A stretch of DNA of 22,864 nt from Thermodesulfobacteriota bacterium (GCA_034189385.1 JAXHVD010000037.1:1-22864), one strand, 5' to 3'. Shown: positions 8,530 through 18,518, counted from the stretch's first letter. The notes: generated from the sequence alone by a model not told the origin. Numbers and translations are program-made.

Positions 8530-8688
8530 AGTTCGAAGTGCCTAGAATGCCTGAAGTGGAGGGATGGAGGAAAGCAGAGATTCAGAAATGGGACCACCCC
8601 AGTTCACTCCGGCACCCTTTAGTCACGCTATACACTTTAGTCACTTTAGTTCACTTTGGTCACTTTACTTCACTTTAGTCATTTTCTT
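8520..8688. repeat. 9-10 bp tandem repeats (cactttagt) with an inverted left arm
   Basis: About 10 degenerate units over ~8595-8688. AAGTGACTAAAGT (8520-8532) is the exact reverse complement of 8634-8646. Confidence 0.8.
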
Positions 8689-8709
8689 CAAAAAGAGGGG
8701 GGAATACTC

Positions 8710-9777
8710 ATGGCTGACATATCACCGGATAAAGAAAAGGCAATTGACCTGGCCATCGGTCAGATAGAGCGCCAGTTCGGCAAGGGCTCCATCATGAAAC
8801 TAGGTGCCCAGGTGATGGCAGACGTTCCGGTCATTCCAACGGGCTCCCTGGCCCTGGACCGGGCACTGGGAGTCGGCGGCATCCCCCGGGGCCGGGTCAT
8901 AGAACTCTTCGGGCCTGAGTCCTCAGGCAAAACCACGCTGGCCCTTCACATCGTGGCAGAGGCGCAGAAATCCGGAGGCATTGCCGCCTTTGTTGACGCT
9001 GAGCACGCCCTGGACGTCATGTATGCCAAAAAGCTTGGTGTGAATTGTGACGACCTCCTGGTCTCTCAGCCGGACACCGGTGAGCAGGCCCTGGAGATCG
9101 CCGAGGTCCTTGTTCGCAGTGGAGCCATGGATGTGGTGGTGATTGACTCCGTAGCAGCCTTGGTGCCGAGGGCGGAGATCGAAGGCGAGATGGGAGATAC
9201 CCATGTGGGTCTTCAGGCCAGGCTCATGTCCCAGGCCTTGAGGAAACTCACCGGCAGTATCAGCAGGTCCATGACATCGGTCATGTTTATCAACCAGATC
9301 CGTATGAAGATTGGTGTCATGTTCGGAAACCCTGAGACGACACCCGGCGGCAATGCTCTGAAGTTCTACTCCTCTGTTCGTCTTGACATACGAAGGATCG
9401 GGAGCATAAAGGACGGACAGGACGTCATAGGAAATCGCACCAGGGTCCGGGTGGTGAAGAATAAGGTGGCGCCCCCTTTCAAAGAAGCGCAGTTTGACAT
9501 CATGTACGGCGAAGGCATCTCCTTCGCCGGCGACCTGATTGACATGGGCGTTGAAGCAGGGATCATTGACAAGAGCGGGGCCTGGTACTCCTTTGAAAAA
9601 GAACGGATCGGACAGGGCAGGGAAAATGCGAAGACCTTTCTAAAGGAAAACCCTGAGATGTCCACGCGCATCCTGAAACTGGTTCGGGATTCCCTTGGAA
9701 TGGGAGAAAGCGTCCCCGAGGATTCGGAGGCACCGGCAGATGAGCAGGAAAGCCATAAAGGAAAGACCAAGAAGTGA
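8710..9777 (+). CDS. recA: Recombinase RecA
   Basis: [35 protein letters not shown] and GGNALKFY motifs. Start at ATG 8710 behind GAGGGGG. Confidence 0.99.
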   Translation: MADISPDKEKAIDLAIGQIERQFGKGSIMKLGAQVMADVPVIPTGSLALDRALGVGGIPRGRVIELFGPESSGKTTLALHIVAEAQKSGGIAAFVDAEHALDVMYAKKLGVNCDDLLVSQPDTGEQALEIAEVLVRSGAMDVVVIDSVAALVPRAEIEGEMGDTHVGLQARLMSQALRKLTGSISRSMTSVMFINQIRMKIGVMFGNPETTPGGNALKFYSSVRLDIRRIGSIKDGQDVIGNRTRVRVVKNKVAPPFKEAQFDIMYGEGISFAGDLIDMGVEAGIIDKSGAWYSFEKERIGQGRENAKTFLKENPEMSTRILKLVRDSLGMGESVPEDSEAPADEQESHKGKTKK

Positions 9778-9851
9778 TAGTTTCGTAAAAGGCCCTTTCT
9801 GCTCACGCTGTGACGATGAGATGTGACCAGGCGGTAAGAAGCATAACGAAA

Positions 9852-9920
9852 AACGGTGAACCGCTAACGGTATACGGACAACGGATAACGGACAATGGAA
9901 AAGGGTGAACGGATAACGCT
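9852..9920 (+). repeat. 7-bp tandem repeat (aacgga[c/t]-like), about 10 units, running up to the alaS start codon
   Basis: aacggtg aaccgct aacggta tacggac aacggat aacggac aatggaa aagggtg aacggat aacgct ATG. Confidence 0.85.
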
Positions 9921-12548
9921 ATGACATCAGAAGATCTGCGGAGAGAATTCCTGCACTACTTTGAGCAAAAGGGCCACACCATCGTAAAGAGCGCGTCACT
10001 GGTGCCTCAAGACGACCCTACGCTGCTCTTCACCAATGCCGGCATGGTGCAGTTTAAGCGGACTTTTCTAGGAGAAGACAAACGAGATTACGTGCGGGCC
10101 ACCAGCTCTCAGAAATGCGTTCGCGCCGGGGGCAAGCACAACGATCTTGAAAACGTGGGGCACACGGGTCGCCACCACACCTTCTTTGAGATGCTGGGCA
10201 ATTTCTCCTTCGGCGATTACTTCAAACCCCTGGCCATTGAGCTCGCCTGGGATCTCATGACCAGGGTCTATGGCCTTCCAGCAGAAAAGCTCTGGGTCTC
10301 GGTCTTTGAAGATGACGATGAGGCCCATCGGCTTTGGGCGAGTCACACAGATATTCCGGAAGACAGAATCGTCCGCCTAGGCGAGAAGGACAACTTCTGG
10401 TCCATGGGCGACACCGGTCCCTGCGGGCCGTGCTCTGAGATCCTCATCGATCAGGGCGAGGCCATAAGTTGTGGCAAGGCCGACTGTCGTGTGGGCTGTG
10501 ACTGTGACCGCTACCTGGAGCTTTGGAACCTGGTCTTCATGGAATTTAACAGGGATGAATCGGGCACCATGACGCCACTGCCAAAACCGAGCATTGACAC
10601 GGGCATGGGGCTGGAACGGATGGCAGCAGTACTTCAGGGCGTTACCACAAACTATGAAACGGATCTCTTTATGCCGGTGATAAGAAAAATCGAATCCCTC
10701 TCGGGCCATGCCTTTCAGGAGTCTCTGGAGACTGACGTTTCTATGAAGGTCGTGGCAGACCACAGCCGGGCCGCGGCCTTTTTGATCGGTGACGGCGTCC
10801 TTCCATCCAATGAAGGACGGGGCTATGTGCTGCGCCGTATTCTGAGACGTGCTGTGCGTTATGGTCGCATGCTGGGGTTGACCAAACCCTTCTTACACGA
10901 CACGGCAGGCACGGTCTCTCAAGTCATGAAGGGGGCCTATCCGGAGCTGTTGGAAGCAGACACCTACATCAGGAGCATTATCAGGAGTGAAGAAGAGCGT
11001 TTCCTGGGGACCTTGGACACGGGCCTGCGAGTGCTGGAAGATGCCCTGGCAGAGCTGAAGGCCCAGGGGCTTTCCCGCATACCTGGAAATCTCATATTCA
11101 AGATGTATGACACCTATGGTTTTCCGGTGGACATCATCCAGGACATTGTCCGAGACGAAGGCATGTGCCTGGACATGGCAGGGTTTGAGAAAGACATGGC
11201 GCAACAAAGACGTCGGTCCCGTGGCGACAAGACGTCCTCCTTGGAAAGCTCGGCCTACGGCCAGCTCAGCGCCCAGGGAATCAAAACCGATTTTGTGGGA
11301 TATGAGCATACAAAGGCAGAGTCAGAGATTCTCATGATCGTTCGACAGGGCGAGGCCGTAAAACAGGCCGGACAAGGAGAAGAGATCGAACTCGTTACAG
11401 CCAAAACCCCTTTTTATGGTGAGGCAGGCGGCCAGGTGGGAGACTGCGGCCATATCTGCGGGCAGGGTTTTGACATGGAAGTCATAGACACCATCAAGGA
11501 TCCCAATGATATCATCATCCACAAGGGCCAGGTATTAAAAGGAGGTGTCACTGTAGGAAAGACCGTGACGCTCATCGTGGATGATGAAAAGCGGTCGGCC
11601 ACGGAGAAAAACCATACAGTTACCCATATCCTCCATGCCGTTCTTCGCCAGGTTCTTGGGGACCATGTGAAGCAGGCAGGCTCCTTGGTGGCCCCGGACA
11701 GGTTGCGTTTTGACTTTACGCATTTTTCCGCCATTGACCAAGACACACTCCAGCAGATCGAAGGGCTGGTCAACAACCGCATTCAGCAGAATATTCCCCT
11801 TGACGTCGAGGAAATGGATTCTGAGGAGGCCTTTCGTACCGATGCCACCGCCTTGTTTGAGGAAAAGTATGGGGACCGGGTCCGTGTGGTCGCCATGGAG
11901 GATTTCAGCAAGGAGCTATGTGGAGGGACCCATTCCGAGCGGACTGGAGACATTGGACTCTTTAAAATCCTGAGCGAGGGAAGCGTGGCCGCAGGAGTAC
12001 GCCGCATTGAGGCGGTCACCGGCGCGGCTGCCCTTGCCCACACACAAGAAGCCTTTCGCACCCTGGGCGTCCTGGCAGAGAGATTAAAGACCAAGCCTGA
12101 TCACCTGACGGACAGGGTTGAAAAGCTCCTCGCCCAGCAGAAGGCATTGGAAAAGGAACTGGCTGCGAGCAAGGCGAAACTCCAGGCCGAGGCCTCAGAC
12201 CGGTCCCTTTCAGAGGTCAAAGTGGTAAACGGTATATCGGTCCTCGCCCAGGAGGCCTCGGCAGACACTCCTGCGGCCTTAAGAGACATGGCCGATCACC
12301 TGAAGGCAAAGATCAAGTCCGGTATCATTGTGCTGGGAAGCAGGACAGACAAGAAGGCCTTGCTGGTGGTGGTGGTCACAAAAGAGCACCTAGACCGTTA
12401 CCATGCCGGCAATATTATAAAGCAGGTAGCAGCGCTAGTAGGAGGCGGCGGCGGCGGCCGCCCGGATATGGCCCAGGCCGGCGGGAGCCAGCCTGAAAAA
12501 CTCCCTGAGGCCCTAGCCGCCGTGTACGACATCGTTGCCGCAGCCTAG
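9921..12548 (+). CDS. alaS: Alanine--tRNA ligase
   Basis: LLFTNAGM, RHHTFFEMLGNFSFGDYFK, DTGMGLER, editing-site HxxxH and ELCGGTH, C-terminal GGGGGRPDMAQAGG. Confidence 0.99.
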   Translation: MTSEDLRREFLHYFEQKGHTIVKSASLVPQDDPTLLFTNAGMVQFKRTFLGEDKRDYVRATSSQKCVRAGGKHNDLENVGHTGRHHTFFEMLGNFSFGDYFKPLAIELAWDLMTRVYGLPAEKLWVSVFEDDDEAHRLWASHTDIPEDRIVRLGEKDNFWSMGDTGPCGPCSEILIDQGEAISCGKADCRVGCDCDRYLELWNLVFMEFNRDESGTMTPLPKPSIDTGMGLERMAAVLQGVTTNYETDLFMPVIRKIESLSGHAFQESLETDVSMKVVADHSRAAAFLIGDGVLPSNEGRGYVLRRILRRAVRYGRMLGLTKPFLHDTAGTVSQVMKGAYPELLEADTYIRSIIRSEEERFLGTLDTGLRVLEDALAELKAQGLSRIPGNLIFKMYDTYGFPVDIIQDIVRDEGMCLDMAGFEKDMAQQRRRSRGDKTSSLESSAYGQLSAQGIKTDFVGYEHTKAESEILMIVRQGEAVKQAGQGEEIELVTAKTPFYGEAGGQVGDCGHICGQGFDMEVIDTIKDPNDIIIHKGQVLKGGVTVGKTVTLIVDDEKRSATEKNHTVTHILHAVLRQVLGDHVKQAGSLVAPDRLRFDFTHFSAIDQDTLQQIEGLVNNRIQQNIPLDVEEMDSEEAFRTDATALFEEKYGDRVRVVAMEDFSKELCGGTHSERTGDIGLFKILSEGSVAAGVRRIEAVTGAAALAHTQEAFRTLGVLAERLKTKPDHLTDRVEKLLAQQKALEKELAASKAKLQAEASDRSLSEVKVVNGISVLAQEASADTPAALRDMADHLKAKIKSGIIVLGSRTDKKALLVVVVTKEHLDRYHAGNIIKQVAALVGGGGGGRPDMAQAGGSQPEKLPEALAAVYDIVAAA

Positions 12549-12640
12549 TCGTTGTCAAACACTTCCACGAGGAGATACATAACTCGCACACGGGCGGCTA
12601 TCTGGACAACTAGTTGAAAGACAAAGCAGTACAAAACGGT

Positions 12641-12682
12641 TTCACCACTCAACCATCTGACCAATACACCATTTAACCGGCT
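12641..12682 (+). repeat. Degenerate 8-bp tandem repeat between convergent alaS and purM
   Basis: ttcaccac tcaaccat ctgaccaa tacaccat ttaaccgg. Confidence 0.5.
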
Positions 12683-12695
12683 ACCTCCCCCTCTT

Positions 12696-13742
12696 TCACG
12701 TCCAGAGGACCTGGATCTCCCCGTCGGTCTTGCGCTCTACAATGTTTCCTATGACATAGGCCTTTTCATGCTTGGCTGCCAGAGATTCCAGTATGCCGTC
12801 CACCGCCCTTTCTGGCGTGATTAGAATCATCCCGATACCGTTGTTGAAGGTCCTTCTCATTTCCTGCTCAGAGACGTTTCCTGCCTCCTTGAGAAAGGTA
12901 AAGACCGGAGGTACGGGCCAACTGACTGCCTGAATCACAGCCTTACAGGAAGCTGGAAGGACCCGGGGCAGGTTTTCCAAGATGCCACCGCCCGTCACAT
13001 GGGCTATGCCGTGGACCGGGAACTCGTTGAGGACATGGCCCATGGCCTCGGCATAGATCTTGGTAGGCTCCAGGAGCTCTTCTCCGATGGTTCTTGCCAG
13101 GATATCGACCTGGTCATGGACTTTCAGCTTGAGCTTTTCAAAGCAGATCTTTCGAACCAGAGAATAGCCGTTGCTGTGAAGGCCGCTTGAGGCCATGCCG
13201 ATGACCTTATGCCCCACCTTGATCTTTGAGCCATCCACGATCTTTGCCCTGTCCACCATGCCCACCACAAAGCCTGCTAGGTCGTATTCGCCCTCTGCAT
13301 AGAGCCCGGGCATCTCCGCTGTTTCCCCGCCGATGAGGGCGCAGTCGGCCATTTGGCAGCCGGAGACGATCCCTTTCACAATGGCCTCCGCCGTCTCAGG
13401 GACCAGGACCCCCATGGAGAGATAGTCCAGGAAAAAAAGCGCCTTGGCGCCCTGTACCACAATGTCGTTGACACACATGGCCACGAGGTCTATTCCAATA
13501 GTATCGTGCTTGTTCATCGTAAAGGCAATCTTGAGCTTTGTGCCCACCCCGTCCGTGGACGTGACCAGGACTGGATCGTCATGTTCCCTCACATCCAGGG
13601 AAAAGAGGCCACTGAAGCCGCCAATGCCGCCAATCACCCCACGTCGGGGGGTCTTGCTGATACTCTCTTTGATCTTGTTGATGAAACGATTGGCCTTGTC
13701 GATATCCACGCCGGCGTCTTGATAGGTAAGGGACTCGGTCAT
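12696..13742 (-). CDS. purM: Phosphoribosylformylglycinamidine cyclo-ligase (AIR synthetase)
   Basis: YQDAGVDI, TDGVGTK, GGETAEMP, SSGLHSNGYSL, HVTGGG and TFNNGIG motifs. Confidence 0.98.
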   Translation of the reverse strand: MTESLTYQDAGVDIDKANRFINKIKESISKTPRRGVIGGIGGFSGLFSLDVREHDDPVLVTSTDGVGTKLKIAFTMNKHDTIGIDLVAMCVNDIVVQGAKALFFLDYLSMGVLVPETAEAIVKGIVSGCQMADCALIGGETAEMPGLYAEGEYDLAGFVVGMVDRAKIVDGSKIKVGHKVIGMASSGLHSNGYSLVRKICFEKLKLKVHDQVDILARTIGEELLEPTKIYAEAMGHVLNEFPVHGIAHVTGGGILENLPRVLPASCKAVIQAVSWPVPPVFTFLKEAGNVSEQEMRRTFNNGIGMILITPERAVDGILESLAAKHEKAYVIGNIVERKTDGEIQVLWT

Positions 13743-13840
13743 CTCGCACCTCCGTGAGTTTGTCTTTTAAGGGAAACCATGTTGTCAAGTCAAAGGAATT
13801 CAGAGTCCTTGGCAGAACAAGCATTCTGTCTCAATTCCTT

Positions 13841-13867
13841 TTGACAATGTGGCTGCTGTCGTATAAT
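13841..13867 (+). promoter_or_regulatory. Sigma70-like promoter for the aminotransferase
   Basis: TTGACA (13841-13846) and TATAAT (13862-13867) are perfect hexamers, but the spacer is only 15 bp. Confidence 0.45.
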
Positions 13868-13917
13868 GAAGGTCAGGTCATCAACAGAATTGAACCGTTA
13901 TATAGGGAGCTTACGCC

Positions 13918-15084
13918 ATGCAAGAGTTTTCCAGACTAAATAGGCTGCCACCGTACGTTTTTACCACCGTGAATAAGATCAAGATGGACGCCCGCCACGC
14001 CGGAGAAGACATTGTGGATCTTGGCATGGGCAATCCTGATATGGCCACGCCTAAGCATATTGTGGACAAGCTTGTGGAGGCATCTAGAAAAGGCCATAAT
14101 CACCGGTATTCGGCGTCCATGGGAATCACCAAGCTCAGGATGGCCATTTCCGACTGGTACAAACGCCGGTTCGACGTCGATATTGATCCCGATACAGAGG
14201 CCATTGTCACCATTGGCGCCAAGGAGGGTATCTCTCATCTCGTCCTGGTGACCATCCGGCCCGGAGACGTGGTCTTTTCGCCAGACCCCACCTACCCTAT
14301 CCACCCCTATTCCGCCATCATTGCTGGGGGAGACGTAAGGGGAATTCCCCTGGGTCCTGATCAGGACTTTTTTGAAAACCTCATGGCTGCCACGAGGCAG
14401 ACATGGCCCAGGCCGAAGATGCTGATTATCTCTTTTCCCCACAATCCCACCACAGAGGTCATAGACATGGGCTTTTTTGAAAAGATCGTGGCCTATGCCA
14501 AGGAGCACGGCATCATGGTCATCCATGACCTGGCCTATGCGGATCTGGTCTTTGATGGATATAAGCCCCCAAGTTTTCTTCAGGTCCCTGGGGCCAAGGA
14601 TGTGGCTGTAGAGTTTTTCTCCCTTTCCAAGAGCTATAATATGCCTGGATGGCGTGTGGGGTTTTGCGTGGGCAACCCTGAAATCGTAGGGGCCCTTCGC
14701 CGCATCAAAAGCTACTTGGATTACGGGATCTTTCAACCGATCCAGATCGCCTCGATCATTGCCTTAAACGGGCCCCAGGACTGTGTAAAGAAGACGGTGG
14801 ACACGTACAGGAAGAGACGTGACTGCCTCATCAAGGGCCTGAAAAGGATCGGGTGGCCCGTGAAAAGTCCCAAGGGGACTATGTTCGTGTGGGCCAAGAT
14901 CCCTGAACAGTATATCAAGATGGGCTCTGTGGAGTTTTCCAAGATGCTCATCCGAAAAGCGAAAGTGGCCGTTTCTCCAGGCCTCGGTTTTGGCGAATAC
15001 GGCGATGACTATGTGAGATTCGCCTTGATAGAAAACGAGATGCGGACAAACCAGGCCATCAGAGGCCTTCGCAATATCATGTAG
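13918..15084 (+). CDS. alaC: PLP-dependent class I/II aminotransferase, AlaC (YfdZ)-like
   Basis: [39 protein letters not shown] (PLP lysine) and KSYLDYG motifs. Confidence 0.85.
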   Translation: MQEFSRLNRLPPYVFTTVNKIKMDARHAGEDIVDLGMGNPDMATPKHIVDKLVEASRKGHNHRYSASMGITKLRMAISDWYKRRFDVDIDPDTEAIVTIGAKEGISHLVLVTIRPGDVVFSPDPTYPIHPYSAIIAGGDVRGIPLGPDQDFFENLMAATRQTWPRPKMLIISFPHNPTTEVIDMGFFEKIVAYAKEHGIMVIHDLAYADLVFDGYKPPSFLQVPGAKDVAVEFFSLSKSYNMPGWRVGFCVGNPEIVGALRRIKSYLDYGIFQPIQIASIIALNGPQDCVKKTVDTYRKRRDCLIKGLKRIGWPVKSPKGTMFVWAKIPEQYIKMGSVEFSKMLIRKAKVAVSPGLGFGEYGDDYVRFALIENEMRTNQAIRGLRNIM

Positions 15085-15162
15085 CATGGATTCCATGGGA
15101 AGGGGCTGGTCTGCACTCTCACTCCCTGGACAGACTTGTCCCCGGATACTTGTTGCTGAGTG

Positions 15163-15531
15163 TTGACGGTCTCCTAAGAAGTCGTCACTCCGGCGAAGGC
15201 CGGAGTCCAGAACATATTAGACATACTAAAATAACCTTCAGGAGTTTTTGCATCGTCTATTTCTGAATAGACAATTTCCGGATAGGGTGAATCGCTTCTC
15301 TTCGGCATCCAATGCCTTAAAGTAGCCCATACCATTGGGCTGGATGGAAATGGCTGTATGCCTGCGTTCAGCGATCCTCCCTATCCTTTTAACTGCCCCC
15401 TAAGAGGCTTTGTCTGAACTTTTGAACGTTACCAACATACACGATACCGGCCGTTCGGCCTTGAGGCTCTCGACAGGCTTCCGCTGGTATATCGAAAAAC
15501 TCGATTTTCTGACTTTTTGCGATTCCATTAA
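15163..15531. mobile_element. Composite MITE/REP-like element with nested hairpins
   Basis: Imperfect terminal inverted repeats at 15163-15183 and 15511-15531 (14/21). REP-like hairpin ACTCCGGC-GAAG-GCCGGAGT at 15187-15206. Internal long stem 15280-15296 / 15370-15386. Confidence 0.5.
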
Positions 15532-15569
15532 CTCTGACAATTGGCTAAGCTGTAACAAGAGGTGACAAT

Positions 15570-16877
15570 ATGAACACAATCCGTGTTGGCCTCCTTGGCT
15601 TTGGAACGGTGGGGTCTGGTACGGCAAAGATCCTTCTGGAGAATCAAGATGTCATCCAGTCCCGTTTGGGGGCCGCTCTGGAGCTTGCATGGATCGCCGA
15701 CCTGGACCTTGAAACAGACCGGGGGGTCTCTGTGGACAAGAAGATCCTTACCACAGACGCCGCCATGGTGATCAATGATCCTGAGGTGGATATTGTCGTG
15801 GAACTTATCGGCGGCTATGATCCGGCAAAGGCATTTATCTTACAGGCCATTGAAAAAGGCAAACAGGTGGTCACGGCCAACAAGGCCCTTCTGGCCGGGC
15901 ACGGGGACGAGATCTTCTCTGCGGCCTCACAAAAAGGCGTGGAAGTAGGCTTTGAGGCCAGTGTGGGCGGGGGCATCCCCCTGATCGGAACCATCAAGGA
16001 GGGGCTCGTGGCCAACCGCATCCAGGGCCTTTACGGGATCCTAAACGGGACGGCCAATTATATCCTGACCAAGATGACCAACGAGGGAAGTCCCTTTTCT
16101 GAGGTCCTCAAGGAGGCCCAGGGACTCGGTTATGCAGAGGCCGATCCCACCTTTGACGTAGAAGGGATCGATGCGGCCCACAAGCTGACCATCCTGCTTT
16201 CTATCGCCTATGGCGTGCCCATTGACTTTGAGTCCGTCTATACAGAAGGGATTTCAAAGATAACGCCCTTAGATATCCAGTTCATGAAGGAGTTCGGCTT
16301 TCGGATCAAACTCCTGGCCATTTCCAAAGATGATGGCAAGGCCATTGAGGCCAGGGTCCACCCCACGTTGATTCCAGAGGACTCACTTCTTGCCAGCGTA
16401 AGCGAGGCATACAATGCCGTCTATATCACAGGAGATGCCGTGGGAAACGTGATGCTCTATGGGCCCGGGGCCGGCATGATGCCCACGGGGAGCGCCGTGG
16501 TAAGTGACCTGGTGGATGTGGCCCGAAATCTGCTGAAAGGTGCTGTGGGCAGGGTCCCCGCTGTGGGACATCAGCCTGCTTTTATGAAAGCACGGAGGGT
16601 AAAATCCATTGAAGAGCTTCACACCAAGTACTACTTCCGATTCTCAGCAGAGGACAGGCCTGGAGTCCTTTCCAAGATCTCTGGCATCTTGGGCAAGCAT
16701 GAGATCAGTATCGAATCGGTCCACCAAAAGGGAAGAGAGGTGGCTGGAGCGGTGCCGATTGTCATGATTACCCACAAGGCCAGGGAGGCGGCAGTGAACG
16801 CCGCCCTTGCGGAAATAGACGGACTGGACGTGGTCAAAGATAACACCTTGCTGATCCGGATCGAGGATTGGAAATGA
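15570..16877 (+). CDS. hom: Homoserine dehydrogenase with C-terminal ACT domain
   Basis: GLLGFGTVG, VTANKA, FEASVGGGIP, GILNGTANY, GYAEADP and DRPGVL (ACT) motifs. Confidence 0.97.
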   Translation: MNTIRVGLLGFGTVGSGTAKILLENQDVIQSRLGAALELAWIADLDLETDRGVSVDKKILTTDAAMVINDPEVDIVVELIGGYDPAKAFILQAIEKGKQVVTANKALLAGHGDEIFSAASQKGVEVGFEASVGGGIPLIGTIKEGLVANRIQGLYGILNGTANYILTKMTNEGSPFSEVLKEAQGLGYAEADPTFDVEGIDAAHKLTILLSIAYGVPIDFESVYTEGISKITPLDIQFMKEFGFRIKLLAISKDDGKAIEARVHPTLIPEDSLLASVSEAYNAVYITGDAVGNVMLYGPGAGMMPTGSAVVSDLVDVARNLLKGAVGRVPAVGHQPAFMKARRVKSIEELHTKYYFRFSAEDRPGVLSKISGILGKHEISIESVHQKGREVAGAVPIVMITHKAREAAVNAALAEIDGLDVVKDNTLLIRIEDWK

Positions 16878-18082
16878 AATATATGATCCTGGTAGGAGAC
16901 GGTATGGGCGACTATCCCCTGGCCGAGCTGGGGGAGAAGACACCCCTTCACGCCGCCCGGACGCCCCACATGGACTGGGTCGCAGACCATGGTGAGATGG
17001 GCGTTGCCAAAACCATCCCCGAAGGTTGTGAGACGGGAAGCGACACGGCCAACTTAAGCCTCCTGGGCTATGATCCAAAGGCAGCACAAACGCGCCGAGC
17101 GCCCTTAGAGGCAGCCAGCCTGGGGGTAAATCTGGGACCACAAGACGTGGCCTTTCGCTGCAACCTGGTAACCCTTTCCCAGGGCCCTGGCGGCATGATG
17201 ATGGATGACTACAGTGCCGGCCACATTACCACGCCAGAAGCCCGCAAGCTCATAGAAGACATAGACAAGGCCTTGGGAAATGACACGGTCCGGTTCTATC
17301 CTGGCGTGAGCTACCGCCACCTCATGGTGTGGCACGGCGGCACCCCAGACGTTGAAACCACACCGCCCCATGACATTACAGGACAGGCGGTCCAACCCTA
17401 TCTGGACCAGATGGCCGCCCAGGGCCTGCTCCTTGACCTCATGGACAGAGCAAGGCCCCTTTTAAGGGACCATCCCGTGAACCAGGGCAGATTGAAACAG
17501 GGCCAGAAACCGGCCACAGACATATGGTTTTGGGGCCAGGGCCATGCACCAGAGCTGGAGTCCTTTAAGAACAAGACGGGGCTTGACGGGGCTATTATCT
17601 CGGCCGTGGATCTTCTAAGGGGAATCGGTGTCTATATAGGCCTTAAGGTCATCAAAGTCCCCGGCGCCACCGGGTATTTTGACACAGACTATGAAGCCAA
17701 GGCACACCACGCCCTCTCTGCCTTAAAGGACGCAGACGTCGTCTATGTCCACGTAGAGGCCCCAGACGAGGCAGGACATGCAGGTCTCATGGATGAAAAG
17801 GTCAGGGCCATTGAGGCCTTTGATGAAAAAGTGGTGGGCACGGTGCTCCATGGCATGAAAGATCTCGGCCCCCACCGAATCATGGTCACCACCGATCATT
17901 TCACGCCCTTGTCCGTTAGGACCCACACTACAGAACCGGTCCCCTTTGCCATGTGCGGTGCGGGCATCCCAGAGCCCTCTGACAGCTCCCAAGGCTTCTC
18001 CGAACAAGCGGCCGCGGCCCAGGGCCTCTCCCTTGCCCAAGGCTTCCGCCTCATGGAACGATTCCTGCGTTTGGGGAAATAG
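16874..18082 (+). CDS. apgM: Cofactor-independent phosphoglycerate mutase, ApgM family (proposed homoserine kinase subgroup)
   Basis: GDGMGD, GSDTANLSLLGY, HVEAPDEAGH, TTDHFTP and HTTEPVPF motifs. ATGA overlap with the hom stop codon. Confidence 0.88.
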   Translation: MKYMILVGDGMGDYPLAELGEKTPLHAARTPHMDWVADHGEMGVAKTIPEGCETGSDTANLSLLGYDPKAAQTRRAPLEAASLGVNLGPQDVAFRCNLVTLSQGPGGMMMDDYSAGHITTPEARKLIEDIDKALGNDTVRFYPGVSYRHLMVWHGGTPDVETTPPHDITGQAVQPYLDQMAAQGLLLDLMDRARPLLRDHPVNQGRLKQGQKPATDIWFWGQGHAPELESFKNKTGLDGAIISAVDLLRGIGVYIGLKVIKVPGATGYFDTDYEAKAHHALSALKDADVVYVHVEAPDEAGHAGLMDEKVRAIEAFDEKVVGTVLHGMKDLGPHRIMVTTDHFTPLSVRTHTTEPVPFAMCGAGIPEPSDSSQGFSEQAAAAQGLSLAQGFRLMERFLRLGK

Positions 18083-18085
18083 TCC

Positions 18086-18114
18086 TTGACACTATGGGAC
18101 TAGGGCGCTAGAGT
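18086..18114 (+). promoter_or_regulatory. Sigma70 promoter of tRNA-fMet
   Basis: TTGACA-17 bp-TAGAGT, 12 bp upstream of the tRNA. Confidence 0.7.
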
Positions 18115-18126
18115 GAAAAATTCTGA

Positions 18127-18203
<77 letters not shown>

Positions 18204-18216
18204 ACACAACATCAAG

Positions 18217-18249
18217 GGCTTGTGAGCTAATCGCAAGCCTTTTTCTTTT
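18217..18249 (+). terminator. Rho-independent terminator after tRNA-fMet
   Basis: GGCTTGTGA-gctaa-TCGCAAGCC followed by TTTTTCTTTT. Confidence 0.8.
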
Positions 18250-18252
18250 GGT

Positions 18253-18420
18253 CTTGTCACCTCCCCCATCCCCCCTTTCTCCGTTTCCCCCATTCTCCCT
18301 CTTGTCTGTCCTCCGTCAGCTCTTGTCACTCGTCACTTGTCACTCATCCCCCCTTTCTCCGCTTCTCCCATTCCCCCTCTCGTCTGTCTTCTGTCCTCAG
18401 TCGTCTGACTTTCTGTTCTC
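18253..18420 (+). repeat. Pyrimidine-rich mosaic repeat, two ~50-bp copies (18268-18317, 18346-18395) plus gtcactc/gtcactt heptamers
   Basis: atcccccctttctccg...ttgtctgtcctccgtc repeated with a 78-bp period. Confidence 0.85.
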
Positions 18421-18448
18421 CCCCCCCCTTTTTCCGTCCATAATCACA

Positions 18449-18490
18449 TTGACATCCCACACGAACCATGCTAGTATGTATCTGGTTCGT
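18449..18490 (+). promoter_or_regulatory. Sigma70 promoter with overlapping 8-bp inverted repeat
   Basis: TTGACA (18449-18454)-17 bp-TAGTAT (18472-18477) with extended -10 TG. ACGAACCA (18461-18468) and TGGTTCGT (18483-18490) form a perfect inverted pair. Confidence 0.6.
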
Positions 18491-18518
18491 ATTTTAACCC
18501 TACTAAATAGGTATTTTA

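Noticed and set aside
8656..8709. Longer N-terminus for RecA
   Set aside because: It is translated repeat sequence; ATG 8710 has an RBS and gives a normal RecA start.
12545..12616. CTAG-flanked segment with GTTGTC/GACAAC inverted repeat after alaS
   Set aside because: The repeat is only 6 bp and asymmetric, too weak to call an element.
13936..14736. 266-aa antisense ORF and other shadow ORFs over core genes
   Set aside because: They lie opposite or inside well-supported genes and show no recognisable motifs.
18253..18420. Possible CRISPR array
   Set aside because: Units are low-complexity, the intervening sequence is itself repetitive rather than unique spacers, and no cas genes are present.
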